A stretch of 64,000 nucleotides of DNA from the NCBI GenBank assembly GCA_016930775.1, contig JAFGGB010000019.1, forward strand, positions 3,787 to 67,786, in the 5' to 3' direction. This document shows, one piece after another, positions 47,523 through 56,170 of the stretch. This DNA comes from Deltaproteobacteria bacterium (GTDB taxonomy: Bacteria; Desulfobacterota; Syntrophia; Syntrophales; UBA2210). Position numbers and translations under genes: made by a program. The notes below the pieces were generated by a model, which was not told the DNA's origin, ran no database searches, and saw only the letters and a list, made by a program, of their open reading frames with translations. The stretch's first letter is position 1, and the number at the start of each line of letters is the position of its first letter.

Positions 47523-47606
47523 GTGCTTCTCCCCCTTGCAAACGGTTCATTCTTGCCGTCAATTGTTTAGTGCTGGAGTTCAACAGAAGAATTTCCTGTC
47601 GACAAT

Positions 47607-47634
47607 TTATCGGCATTGTCTTCGCAGAACTTTA
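47607..47634 (-). promoter_or_regulatory. Sigma-28 (FliA)-type promoter of the MCP gene
   Basis: The minus strand reads TAAAGTTC-N12-GCCGATAA, against the consensus TAAAGTTT-N11-GCCGATAA. It lies ~85 nt upstream of the ATG at 47522. Confidence 0.6.
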
Positions 47635-47783
47635 AGAAAAATAGAATTATCCGGCGATTGAGAGGAAATGGCGCTTTTTGTAGAGTTTCTTTGCCGATCT
47701 GCCAGAACGTTCTTTCGATTGAGAGCCCCATATGATAAATCTTTGAAAATTTCATCATCGGTGAAGAAAAGAGAGGCCCTGTC

Positions 47784-48695
47784 ATGAACGCTGGAACCAC
47801 TGTTCCATTTATCGACATCGAGCGATGCACCGGTTGTGGGCGCTGTGTGTCCTGCTGCCCTGTGGAGACCCTGTCGCTCATTGACGGCAAGGCTGTCGTC
47901 ACGGGCATCTGTTCTCTCGGTTGCGGCCATTGTTCCGCTGCCTGCCCGGAAGATGCTATTTTCGTACCGGACCTCGAAGTCAAAAACCTGCTTTTTGAAA
48001 CGCTGCAGGTTGACCGATCCTGGATTCCGCCCGGCAAAGCCGAAGCGGGAGAACTGGTCAGGCTCATGGCCTCGCGGCGCTCCTGCCGCAGTTTTTTACC
48101 CCGGCCCGTCGGCCTTTCCACGCTTCGCGATCTTGTCCGGGCCGGAATCACGGCCCCCTCAGGCACAAACAGCCAACGCTGGGTCTTCACCGTGCTTGCC
48201 TCGCGGAAGGCCGTGGAGAGGTTGGGCGACGGCATCGCGGCATTTTTTAAGCGGCTGAACCGGTTGGCAGGTAGGACGGTTGTGCGCCGTGTACTGAAGT
48301 TACTCGGTAAAAAGGAGCTTGACAGGTATTACCGGGAACACTACGAATCCGTCCGGGAAGCCTTGCGGGACTGGGATGGGCGCCGTCGCGACAGGCTCTT
48401 CCACGGGGCGCCGGCAGTAATAATAATAGGTTCGCACCCGGGAGGAAGCTGTCCATCGGAAGATGCGCTCCTGGCCGCGCAGAATATTCTCCTTGCCGCC
48501 CACGCCATGGGGTTGGGAACATGCCTGATCGGCTTCGCTGTAAAGGCTATGAAACGGGACCGGCGCATAGCTCGGCAAATCGGCATCCTCGATTGCGAGG
48601 GCATTTATGCCGTTATAGCCTTGGGCTATACGGAGGAACGGTACGAACGGACAGCCGGACGGCGGAGTCCCGCCGTCCGGTTTGTCGAAGCTTAA
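47784..48695 (+). CDS. Nitroreductase-family protein with N-terminal 2x[4Fe-4S] ferredoxin domain
   Basis: CTGCGRCVSCCP and CGHCSAACP motifs, then a nitroreductase core (RRSCRSF, APSGTNSQRW, LAAHAMGLGTC). Confidence 0.87.
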   Translation: MNAGTTVPFIDIERCTGCGRCVSCCPVETLSLIDGKAVVTGICSLGCGHCSAACPEDAIFVPDLEVKNLLFETLQVDRSWIPPGKAEAGELVRLMASRRSCRSFLPRPVGLSTLRDLVRAGITAPSGTNSQRWVFTVLASRKAVERLGDGIAAFFKRLNRLAGRTVVRRVLKLLGKKELDRYYREHYESVREALRDWDGRRRDRLFHGAPAVIIIGSHPGGSCPSEDALLAAQNILLAAHAMGLGTCLIGFAVKAMKRDRRIARQIGILDCEGIYAVIALGYTEERYERTAGRRSPAVRFVEA

Positions 48696-48717
48696 TCGAT
48701 TTTCGGCGCTCCTGACT

Positions 48718-50805
48718 TCAGAAGGGGAAGGAATTCGCTCTGATATGCGTGATTGCCGATGTTTCCGCTCCGTCATTATCTCTGGCGGTCAGCGTTACCT
48801 GGTAAGTTCCCGCGTTGGTGTACGTATGAGTTACCGATTGTCCGGCGGCTGTCGTCCCGTCGCCGAAATCCCATCGGTATTCTACGATGCTGCCATCGGG
48901 GTCGTAGCCGTTGCCGGTGAAGCGGACAATGACCGGGAGAAACACTTTTTGAAAGGCGGTCTCAATGACAACCTGCGGCCGCAGGTTTGCCACGGTTATC
49001 ACGATGCTTTCCGTTGTGGCGCCGCCGTCGTTGTCCGTTACCGTCATCTCAACAAGGTAGGATCCCTCGGTCGTGAAGGTATGGCTCACTGTCTGTCCTT
49101 CGGCAGTTGATCCGTCGCCGAACTTCCAATGATAACTTTGAACCGTTCCGTCGGGATCCGTAGCGGCGCCGCTGAAGATCACTGCAAGAGGCGCCGGGCC
49201 TTTCACCGCCGATGCGGAAATGGATGCCAGGGGGAGAGTGTTGACCGCCGCTTCGAGAATTGAAGTCCTCTTTTTCAACTCGTAAGAGACCGACGGAATT
49301 TGCATGGGCCGAAGCTTGCAGGACAAATCGGCCGAAGGACGCCACCGTCCCAATTCTATTCCTGCGATAACCGTCACATTGTCCCTGTCGGCGCCGATGA
49401 AACCGCCGTTGAAATCGCATCGGATAAAAAGGTCGAGGTTTTTCTCGGGAAGAATAGAGTATCCGGCCTTGAAGCGGCCCGCCACGTCGGCCTCATCGGC
49501 GTCGATGAAGCCTAGATTCCCCTCGACGAACAAACCCTTTTCAAAAGAGTAATCAAAGAATATGCCGTAGCTGTCCCGGACCTTCAGATATGTTTCCGTT
49601 GTCATGAGATCGGCGAGCTTGTAGCTCTGCTCTACGGCGATGACGTCCTCCGACTTGATAGGCTGCGTTGCAAAAAGTCCGATGCTTCCGCGGGGCAGAA
49701 GGTATGACAGAGACAGGCTTGCCTGGCTTAACGTCGCCGTTGAATCGAAACCGTCAAGATCGGTCGCAAGGGCCGATGCAAAGAGACCGATTTGGATGCG
49801 GTCGATACGACCCACGGCGCCGCCATCGAACTGGTATTCCTTAATGTCTCTATTGATGTTGCCTGTGAGACCGCCCTGAAGGGTAAACTGATCGTTAAGG
49901 GGTATGAAAAACTTTCCCTCAATGCCTCCCGTAAGTTCGCCGTCATCGGAACCAAGGGCTGCCGAAATGGATGCCCTGTTACTGCAATAAAGAGGAATAA
50001 CAGTCTGATACGGCGCAGCCGACGGCGCCGAAGAGGCAGTTGCCTCTTGAGGGGGTTGCTCGCGAAGAGCCATCGCTGTTTTTGCGCTGGCCGCTTCGAT
50101 GGCGGACTCTGTAGTTGCGGCAGCGGCGGCAGGTGTCGCGCCCGCCTGGCGAACAGGTTGTTCTAGGATCTTGTCCGATGCCTGTTGCGACGCCGCAGGG
50201 ACCGCCTCCGTCGATTCTGATATTCCGGCCGCGACTGGCGCCGTCAGTGAAGGTTTCTCGCCTTCACGTTCGGTCTGTTCTTTCGATTCCGCAACAGTTA
50301 TCGCGGCAGCGGACTGTTTCAGCGGCGCCGCTTCGCCGGCCTTCTCATCGATATCGCGAAGAATGGAGTTATCCTTGTAGTAATATACGCGCTCTCCCTT
50401 TTCCAAAGCGTAGATGTTGAAGACGACGCGCCTGTTGATAAAACGGCCTTCGATAGTTGCGTTTGATTCCTTAGGCTGCGATTCGCCGAATCCCTTAATT
50501 TCAATTCGCCCGCCGGCAACGCCCCGTTTCAGAAGGTGTTCTTTAACTGCATAAGCCCGATTTACGGAAAGGTTTTGGTTGTAAGCTCCTTGGCCGATCC
50601 AATCGGCGTGACCGTTGATCTCCAGATACAGCTCGGGATGCCTGACCAGGAAAGCAGTCAGACGGTCCAGTTGTTTGATGTCGTCTATGACGGCCCGTGA
50701 ATCGAATGCAAAGTTAATATCGTCCAGATTAAGGTCTTCCGAGAATGCCACGCCCTGTAAAAGAACAATAACTAAGGCGAAGCAAAGAATCCTTCGGATG
50801 GCCAT
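48718..50805 (-). CDS. Outer-membrane protein: N-terminal OmpA-like peptidoglycan-binding domain, Ala/Pro-rich linker, predicted beta-barrel, two C-terminal PKD domains
   Basis: 695 aa. AAGGAG RBS and a signal peptide. OmpA_C-like region (INFAFDSRAV...NGHADWIGQGAYNQNLSVNRAYAVKEHL). About 12 amphipathic beta-strand segments at aa ~270-525. Two PKD units (DPDG..Y.W.FGDG...). Terminal Phe. Confidence 0.86.
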   Translation of the reverse strand: MAIRRILCFALVIVLLQGVAFSEDLNLDDINFAFDSRAVIDDIKQLDRLTAFLVRHPELYLEINGHADWIGQGAYNQNLSVNRAYAVKEHLLKRGVAGGRIEIKGFGESQPKESNATIEGRFINRRVVFNIYALEKGERVYYYKDNSILRDIDEKAGEAAPLKQSAAAITVAESKEQTEREGEKPSLTAPVAAGISESTEAVPAASQQASDKILEQPVRQAGATPAAAAATTESAIEAASAKTAMALREQPPQEATASSAPSAAPYQTVIPLYCSNRASISAALGSDDGELTGGIEGKFFIPLNDQFTLQGGLTGNINRDIKEYQFDGGAVGRIDRIQIGLFASALATDLDGFDSTATLSQASLSLSYLLPRGSIGLFATQPIKSEDVIAVEQSYKLADLMTTETYLKVRDSYGIFFDYSFEKGLFVEGNLGFIDADEADVAGRFKAGYSILPEKNLDLFIRCDFNGGFIGADRDNVTVIAGIELGRWRPSADLSCKLRPMQIPSVSYELKKRTSILEAAVNTLPLASISASAVKGPAPLAVIFSGAATDPDGTVQSYHWKFGDGSTAEGQTVSHTFTTEGSYLVEMTVTDNDGGATTESIVITVANLRPQVVIETAFQKVFLPVIVRFTGNGYDPDGSIVEYRWDFGDGTTAAGQSVTHTYTNAGTYQVTLTARDNDGAETSAITHIRANSFPF

Positions 50806-51180
50806 GACATGCTCCTTTCCTCTGCAGCTAATTTGGTTTTAGAGACTACCGCCTGTGCGTCTCGTTTGAACGGAGAAGAACCAATGTCTCTACCTGGATT
50901 CATAGTAAAGGTGACGATAAAAGACAAGTAAATTAATCGGAAATTATGCAAAAGAAATTACCGGAGAGAGCGAGACCGGTATAACGAACGAGTTTCTTTC
51001 TTCCGGCCGTTTCTCAGGCAGTGCATTCTTAGGCAGGCTTAAAATATCAAATTATCAAGATAGTCATCAGGGCATAAGAACCTGTTGATTTGTTTCCCGT
51101 GCAAGAAGGCGAAAATAATTGTTTGTATGTGTCATGAAAAATATATGATCCGCAATTCAAATATCATCCGAATACCTTGA

Positions 51181-53094
51181 TCATGTTGCACTGCCGCTGT
51201 TTGTTAATGTTGCTGGATTATTTTCGGAGGTTGCCGGGGCGATAGAAGGGTTCTGTATGGTCGGCGATTTGCCTTTATTCAGTTCCGCAATCAGGCGTTT
51301 CAGGTAACTTTTGAGCCATGTGTCCAGGCTGATTAATCGCCAGAGCTGCCAGTCATTTTTATTTCCTTCATCCCAGTTCTGAAAAAAAGCTTCCAGTTCT
51401 TTTCTGCTCATCAACTGGCTGATTCCGGGTTCGTCGGACAAGATGCGCGATCTGATGTCCTCTTTCAGAATTCCATCGGCCCATATCCTGAAAGGTGTGG
51501 GAAAACCTTTTTTGTCCTTTCGCCAGGTGATGCCGTGCGGCAAGGTCCCGTTGATTGCCTGCCGGAGAAGATATTTCGACCAACCCGGTCCTACTTTCAA
51601 TTGTTCATCTATAGAGAAGGCAAACTCAATGAGGCGGTAATCGAGAAGAGGCACCCTGGATTCCAATGAAAAGGCCATGGACAGACGGTCCTCGTATCGG
51701 AGCAAGGCAGGCAAGCGCGAGAACGTCAGTTCGTGATAGAGAAAATTATCGAGATAGCCGGGGAAATGGTTCTGGATCTTCCCCGCAGAGTTTGTCAGAT
51801 ATAATTGCTTGACCTCTTGTCCAAGATCATTGACGCGGCCGATGCCGTAGTTGTCGTAAAAACCGTTCAAGGTGGTTCGGTATGATTGATAATTCCCGCT
51901 TGTCAGTGCGCTGTAGAGGCGTCTCGACGCATAAAAATCATATCCTGCGAATATCTCGTCTCCGCCTTGACCGTCCATCACCACGGTGACCTCGCGCGAG
52001 GCCGCCTCCATGACATGCCATTGGGGATAAATGCCCATGGCGAGTGTCGGCTCATCGAGGTGCCAGAGGATGTTTCCCAATTTATCAAATAATTCTAATC
52101 CATTAACTTTAACTTTAAAGGACGAGATATCGAAACGTTTGTTTATCTGATCGGCATAGGTCAGCTCGTTCCATTCATCGCCCTCCGGGAACCAGGACGT
52201 GAAACTCTTAAAGTTCTCGATGTGAGGGCGAGCGAAGGCGGACACGCAACTGGAGTCGAGGCCTCCGGACAGACAGACCCCGACGGGAACATCAGATCGA
52301 GCGTGAATTGCAACGGCGTTTTTTAAAATAGACGACAGCTCTTCTGCGAGATCGTTTTCATTTCTGTTTCTATTGTCGCGCCTCATTTCCAATGCCCGGG
52401 CCGGCAGGTCCCAGTAGGAGTCGTATGAGCGTGTTCCGTCAGCATTGAGAACCATCATATGCCCTGGCTTGAATCGCTTTATTCCTGCGATAAAAGTGTC
52501 TTCGAGACCGTCAACTATGCCTGTCTGAATATAGGTCTGCAGCGATCGAGGATTAAGCTGAAGGGATTGGTTCTTCAGGTGGCGGTACGCGGCAATTCCT
52601 TTTATCTCCGATGCGAAGACGAAGCCACTGCCTTCGGTTGAGTAATACAATGGCTTGATGCCCACGCGATCGCGACTAAGGACAATACGCCGCGCCCGTT
52701 TATCCCATATGGCGAGCGCCCACATGCCGTTGAAACGGGAGAAACAATCAAGTCCCCAGTGCTCATATGCTCTGAGCACTACCTCTGTATCGGAGTCGCT
52801 TACGAAGGTTTCCCCTTCGAATTCCAGTTCTTTTCTCAATTCAAGGTAATTGTAGACTTCGCCGTTGTAGGTAATCCAGCAATCGTTGCTTCGATTGGAC
52901 ATGGGCTGATGTCCCCGTTCGGAGAGATCGAGAACGGATAAGCGAAGGTGTCCCAAGGTTATTCCGTCATGAAAAAGAAGACCTCGATCGTCGGGACCCC
53001 GATGATCCATGATATCGAGCATGCGCTCCATCACAGAACGATCTTCGGGATCTTCAGCGCTGTTCCATCTCAAAATGCCGGCTATGCCACACAT
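51181..53094 (-). CDS. asnB: Asparagine synthase (glutamine-hydrolysing)
   Basis: 637 aa. MCGIAGIL provides the N-terminal nucleophile Cys. Synthetase-domain motif SGGLDSS. Confidence 0.92.
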   Translation of the reverse strand: MCGIAGILRWNSAEDPEDRSVMERMLDIMDHRGPDDRGLLFHDGITLGHLRLSVLDLSERGHQPMSNRSNDCWITYNGEVYNYLELRKELEFEGETFVSDSDTEVVLRAYEHWGLDCFSRFNGMWALAIWDKRARRIVLSRDRVGIKPLYYSTEGSGFVFASEIKGIAAYRHLKNQSLQLNPRSLQTYIQTGIVDGLEDTFIAGIKRFKPGHMMVLNADGTRSYDSYWDLPARALEMRRDNRNRNENDLAEELSSILKNAVAIHARSDVPVGVCLSGGLDSSCVSAFARPHIENFKSFTSWFPEGDEWNELTYADQINKRFDISSFKVKVNGLELFDKLGNILWHLDEPTLAMGIYPQWHVMEAASREVTVVMDGQGGDEIFAGYDFYASRRLYSALTSGNYQSYRTTLNGFYDNYGIGRVNDLGQEVKQLYLTNSAGKIQNHFPGYLDNFLYHELTFSRLPALLRYEDRLSMAFSLESRVPLLDYRLIEFAFSIDEQLKVGPGWSKYLLRQAINGTLPHGITWRKDKKGFPTPFRIWADGILKEDIRSRILSDEPGISQLMSRKELEAFFQNWDEGNKNDWQLWRLISLDTWLKSYLKRLIAELNKGKSPTIQNPSIAPATSENNPATLTNSGSAT

Positions 53095-53172
53095 GTGTAT
53101 TCAAAACCCTCGCAATCGTCGTTACAGTCTTTTCTCGTCCATTCCATGACCATGGTTGCCGGTGCCGTTGTT

Positions 53173-55983
53173 TTACAGGGACATATATGCGGTCGTTAAA
53201 CCACGGAATGCCCATGCTTGACCCCACCGCAGAAAGGGAAACATGTTTTTATCTTGTTTGCCCTTTGAATTGGTTATTTCAAAACCGAAACTACCGTCGC
53301 CATTGCGAAAATTATTCAGGAGCCAGGGAAGAAACCGCATGAGGATGTCTTTGGAGGCCGGGTAATCGACGGCTGTTTCACCAAGGATGTAGGCCGCTTC
53401 GGCAGCCGCGTGGATGTTGATGGGATACAGTCTGGCGGGATGGATTTTCGGTACTGTTCCCTCATGGAAGAAGTGTTGATGATAGAAAGAAAGATATCGC
53501 TCGAATAGGGTCCGGAGCTTCGTATGGTCCGGCAATGCATTCATCAAGCGGTACAGACACCTCAGTTCGGCGGCGCTGTGATAATGATCGATCTGGCCGA
53601 TATTTTGAGGAGATGGTTCGTATCCCCGAGCCCAATACGTGAGAAATCCTTGATCCTGCAAATCTCGAAAGGCAAAACGAAGTCCCTTCATTCCCAGTTC
53701 GACAAGATCATCGGATGCAGTTTCCTTGCCCAGGCGGATAAGAAATTCGGAAACACTCAGATTGGCATTGTGGACATGGTAGAAGTCTAGAGGAGTGTAG
53801 CTGAAGCACGTTTCGTTATCGCTAATTATGTCTCGGTTGAGAGACTTCGTGAAGAAGTCGGCAATGTTGAGGCAAATAGAAAGCCATTTCCCGTCGTCGG
53901 TTGACGTATGCAACTTCCAAAAGCCGTCGCCGATATGGTAGGAATTTACGGACGTGGGGACGCCCTTTGGAATCATGACGACGGATTCCCAGTCAAAGGG
54001 GTATCCCCATCCCAACCCCTCGATGTTTTTGGACGGATTTTCGAGAAGCCATGTCAGGCACTCTTCGATCGGTTTATGAAATTCTTTCGTTGCGCAATAG
54101 CGGGAAAGATCAGCGTAGGAACTGAGGAAGAGGCCCATGGCCTTTGCGTTTACCTGTGGCTCGATGCCCAGGGCTTTTCTACCGCCTTCCGGGTCGCGGC
54201 GAATGCATTCCTGAATTTCCTGGATTTCGACTTCCGTTATGACGCCCTGCAGTTTTCTTCCAAGAATATACGACGGTATGTCGTAGGGATCGTACCCTCT
54301 CCAGCCGTTCGACAGGATCCAATGGTGGAGTTTCAAAAGAGCGTCTTTTGTCATGTCTTTCAGGTCCGCCGTTGCAATGATCTTCTTTCCGGCGCGACCC
54401 AAGCTCTTGTAGGAGATTTCTGAGGATTCCGCCTCATAAGTTTGTCGAGGGAACGGCGTTTCGATATGTGCATGCAGGATTTGGCGGTAAAAGCGTTCAA
54501 GCCGGTGTATTTCGTTTTCATAGGTGAATATCTGCCGGGCAAAGTCGATTTTTTCTCTCATTTCTGTGAGTCTGGAAATGTTTCCGATGATTTCCTCGGC
54601 GGTATTGAAAATCAGGCCCACGGGATTTGTCTCGAAATAGTCGATATAGGTTGCAAGGGGCGATGTAAGTACCGGCAGCCCGGCGGCAAGGTACTCGAAG
54701 AGCTTGTTGGCGATGGTGGAATCCAGGAACCGCTTATTTCCTTTTTCGAGATTGAAGGGAATGATGCCGAAATCATACTGGGTCATGGCCCGCATAATTT
54801 CCTTGGGAGACAGGGGCTCATAGTAGTGGATTGTTCCATAACCGGCGAACAGGCCGCCGAGTTGCTGGCTGAAAGCCGTCGGGTAAATATGGATATGAAC
54901 CCCATGGTCGGCCAGGGTCGTGAAGAGATCGATGAAGTTCCGGTGGCTGTTGCCGCCGATTCCTCCCTCATAGACGATATGAATCCCCCCATCCCGGTCC
55001 GATAATTTCGGCAGATATTCGTCGGGAAGATCTCCCCGTGAAACATAGTTATACATGACCAGCGAAGGGCCTTCGATACCGTAAAGGCGTCTCGCCTCCT
55101 CCATCTGGTAGGGCGTCGTGTAGACTCGGCCCGATGCGCCGCGGTTTGCGATGCCTTCGAAGAAAGATAAATTGAGATCGCCGTTCGCCCGGAGCGAGAT
55201 GAGATCGTGGGTGTCGTGAACGACGGGCCTCTGACAGGCCAGAGCCGCTACAGTCAGAGTATCGGGTTCGTTGTGACAGTGAATGATGTCGTAGTGCCGG
55301 GAAATATCCCAGAGGTGACGATAGTCCTTGAGTTTTATGCATGCACTATAGACGTCGTCGGAGAGGCCGGGATACATCTTGCTGAGCGGCGCCTTCGTAT
55401 AGGCCAGCGTGACGGAATGTCCCCGCGCCCTCAGTGCCGTTGCCATCTTGTAATTGCGAATGCAGGGGGCTTCCTGGACGAAGAGTATCTTTAATGATTG
55501 TTCTTTCGGCCTTTCTCCCGTCGAAATGCCGGTGGAACTGAGAGTCTGAAGAGTTTTTCTTGCTTCTTCTTGATGGGGATGCAATTCGAGCGATTGACTG
55601 AGAGCCTTCGCGGCGCCTTCGGTGTCTTTCATCTCCAGGCAGACCAATGCCAGGTGATTGAAGAGTTCATGATTCGTTCCGTCGATTGACAGGGCCTTTA
55701 CAATCAGGCGCCGGGCCTCGCTCCATCGGTCTTCGCCAATCGCCAGCGTCGCAAGATTGACGAGAGCGTCAAGAAAGTTGCCGTCGCTGCAGAGGGTTTT
55801 TTCGAAAAAATAACGAGCTTCCGAAGACTTCCCCTTGGCCTGGCAGAGGACCCCGAGATTATTCAATGCTTCTGCGTTGGAAGGATCTTCTTCAAGAACC
55901 GATCGGAATGAGGCTTCTGCATCGTCCAGCTTGCCTTCAGCAAAAAATTTCTCGCCGTCTGAGATTGCCTTCATCGCATCCAT
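53173..55983 (-). CDS. Three-module protein: N-terminal TPR repeats, central glycosyltransferase-like Rossmann domain, C-terminal ~400-aa uncharacterised domain
   Basis: The ORF opens at TTG 56001; an ATG at 55983 is more likely. TPR region (AEALNNLGVLCQAKGKSSEARYFFEKTL...). GT-like region (KILFVQEAP...DIIHCHNEPD...; ANKLFEYLAAGLPVL). The C-terminal region has WRGYDPYD and GWGYPFDW motifs, possibly an alpha/alpha toroid. Confidence 0.82.
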   Translation of the reverse strand: MDAMKAISDGEKFFAEGKLDDAEASFRSVLEEDPSNAEALNNLGVLCQAKGKSSEARYFFEKTLCSDGNFLDALVNLATLAIGEDRWSEARRLIVKALSIDGTNHELFNHLALVCLEMKDTEGAAKALSQSLELHPHQEEARKTLQTLSSTGISTGERPKEQSLKILFVQEAPCIRNYKMATALRARGHSVTLAYTKAPLSKMYPGLSDDVYSACIKLKDYRHLWDISRHYDIIHCHNEPDTLTVAALACQRPVVHDTHDLISLRANGDLNLSFFEGIANRGASGRVYTTPYQMEEARRLYGIEGPSLVMYNYVSRGDLPDEYLPKLSDRDGGIHIVYEGGIGGNSHRNFIDLFTTLADHGVHIHIYPTAFSQQLGGLFAGYGTIHYYEPLSPKEIMRAMTQYDFGIIPFNLEKGNKRFLDSTIANKLFEYLAAGLPVLTSPLATYIDYFETNPVGLIFNTAEEIIGNISRLTEMREKIDFARQIFTYENEIHRLERFYRQILHAHIETPFPRQTYEAESSEISYKSLGRAGKKIIATADLKDMTKDALLKLHHWILSNGWRGYDPYDIPSYILGRKLQGVITEVEIQEIQECIRRDPEGGRKALGIEPQVNAKAMGLFLSSYADLSRYCATKEFHKPIEECLTWLLENPSKNIEGLGWGYPFDWESVVMIPKGVPTSVNSYHIGDGFWKLHTSTDDGKWLSICLNIADFFTKSLNRDIISDNETCFSYTPLDFYHVHNANLSVSEFLIRLGKETASDDLVELGMKGLRFAFRDLQDQGFLTYWARGYEPSPQNIGQIDHYHSAAELRCLYRLMNALPDHTKLRTLFERYLSFYHQHFFHEGTVPKIHPARLYPINIHAAAEAAYILGETAVDYPASKDILMRFLPWLLNNFRNGDGSFGFEITNSKGKQDKNMFPFLRWGQAWAFRGLTTAYMSL

Positions 55984-56046
55984 GAAATTCAGCCTTTGCA
56001 ATCAAGGAAATTGAGCGCTGCCCGTACTGTGATCGCTGGTGTTCAC

Positions 56047-56062
56047 TGCAAGGGGTATGCCA
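56047..56062 (-). promoter_or_regulatory. Sigma-54 promoter of the TPR-glycosyltransferase / asnB transcription unit
   Basis: The minus strand reads TGGCAT-ACCCC-TTGCA, 64 nt upstream of ATG 55983. Confidence 0.68.
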
Positions 56063-56170
56063 CTGCAGGAACTAGCGCTGTACGCCTCTGTAGAGGTTCA
56101 TCAATAGTTGCAAAGTCGGCGGATCGCCTATACAACAGTTGCGCTCAGCTGCGTCACGGAGGTTTTCAGC

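Noticed and set aside
51181-53094. asnB as a lasso-peptide cyclase
   Set aside because: The protein keeps the N-terminal Cys glutaminase nucleophile (MCGIAG). There is no B-type protease, RRE or precursor-peptide gene nearby.
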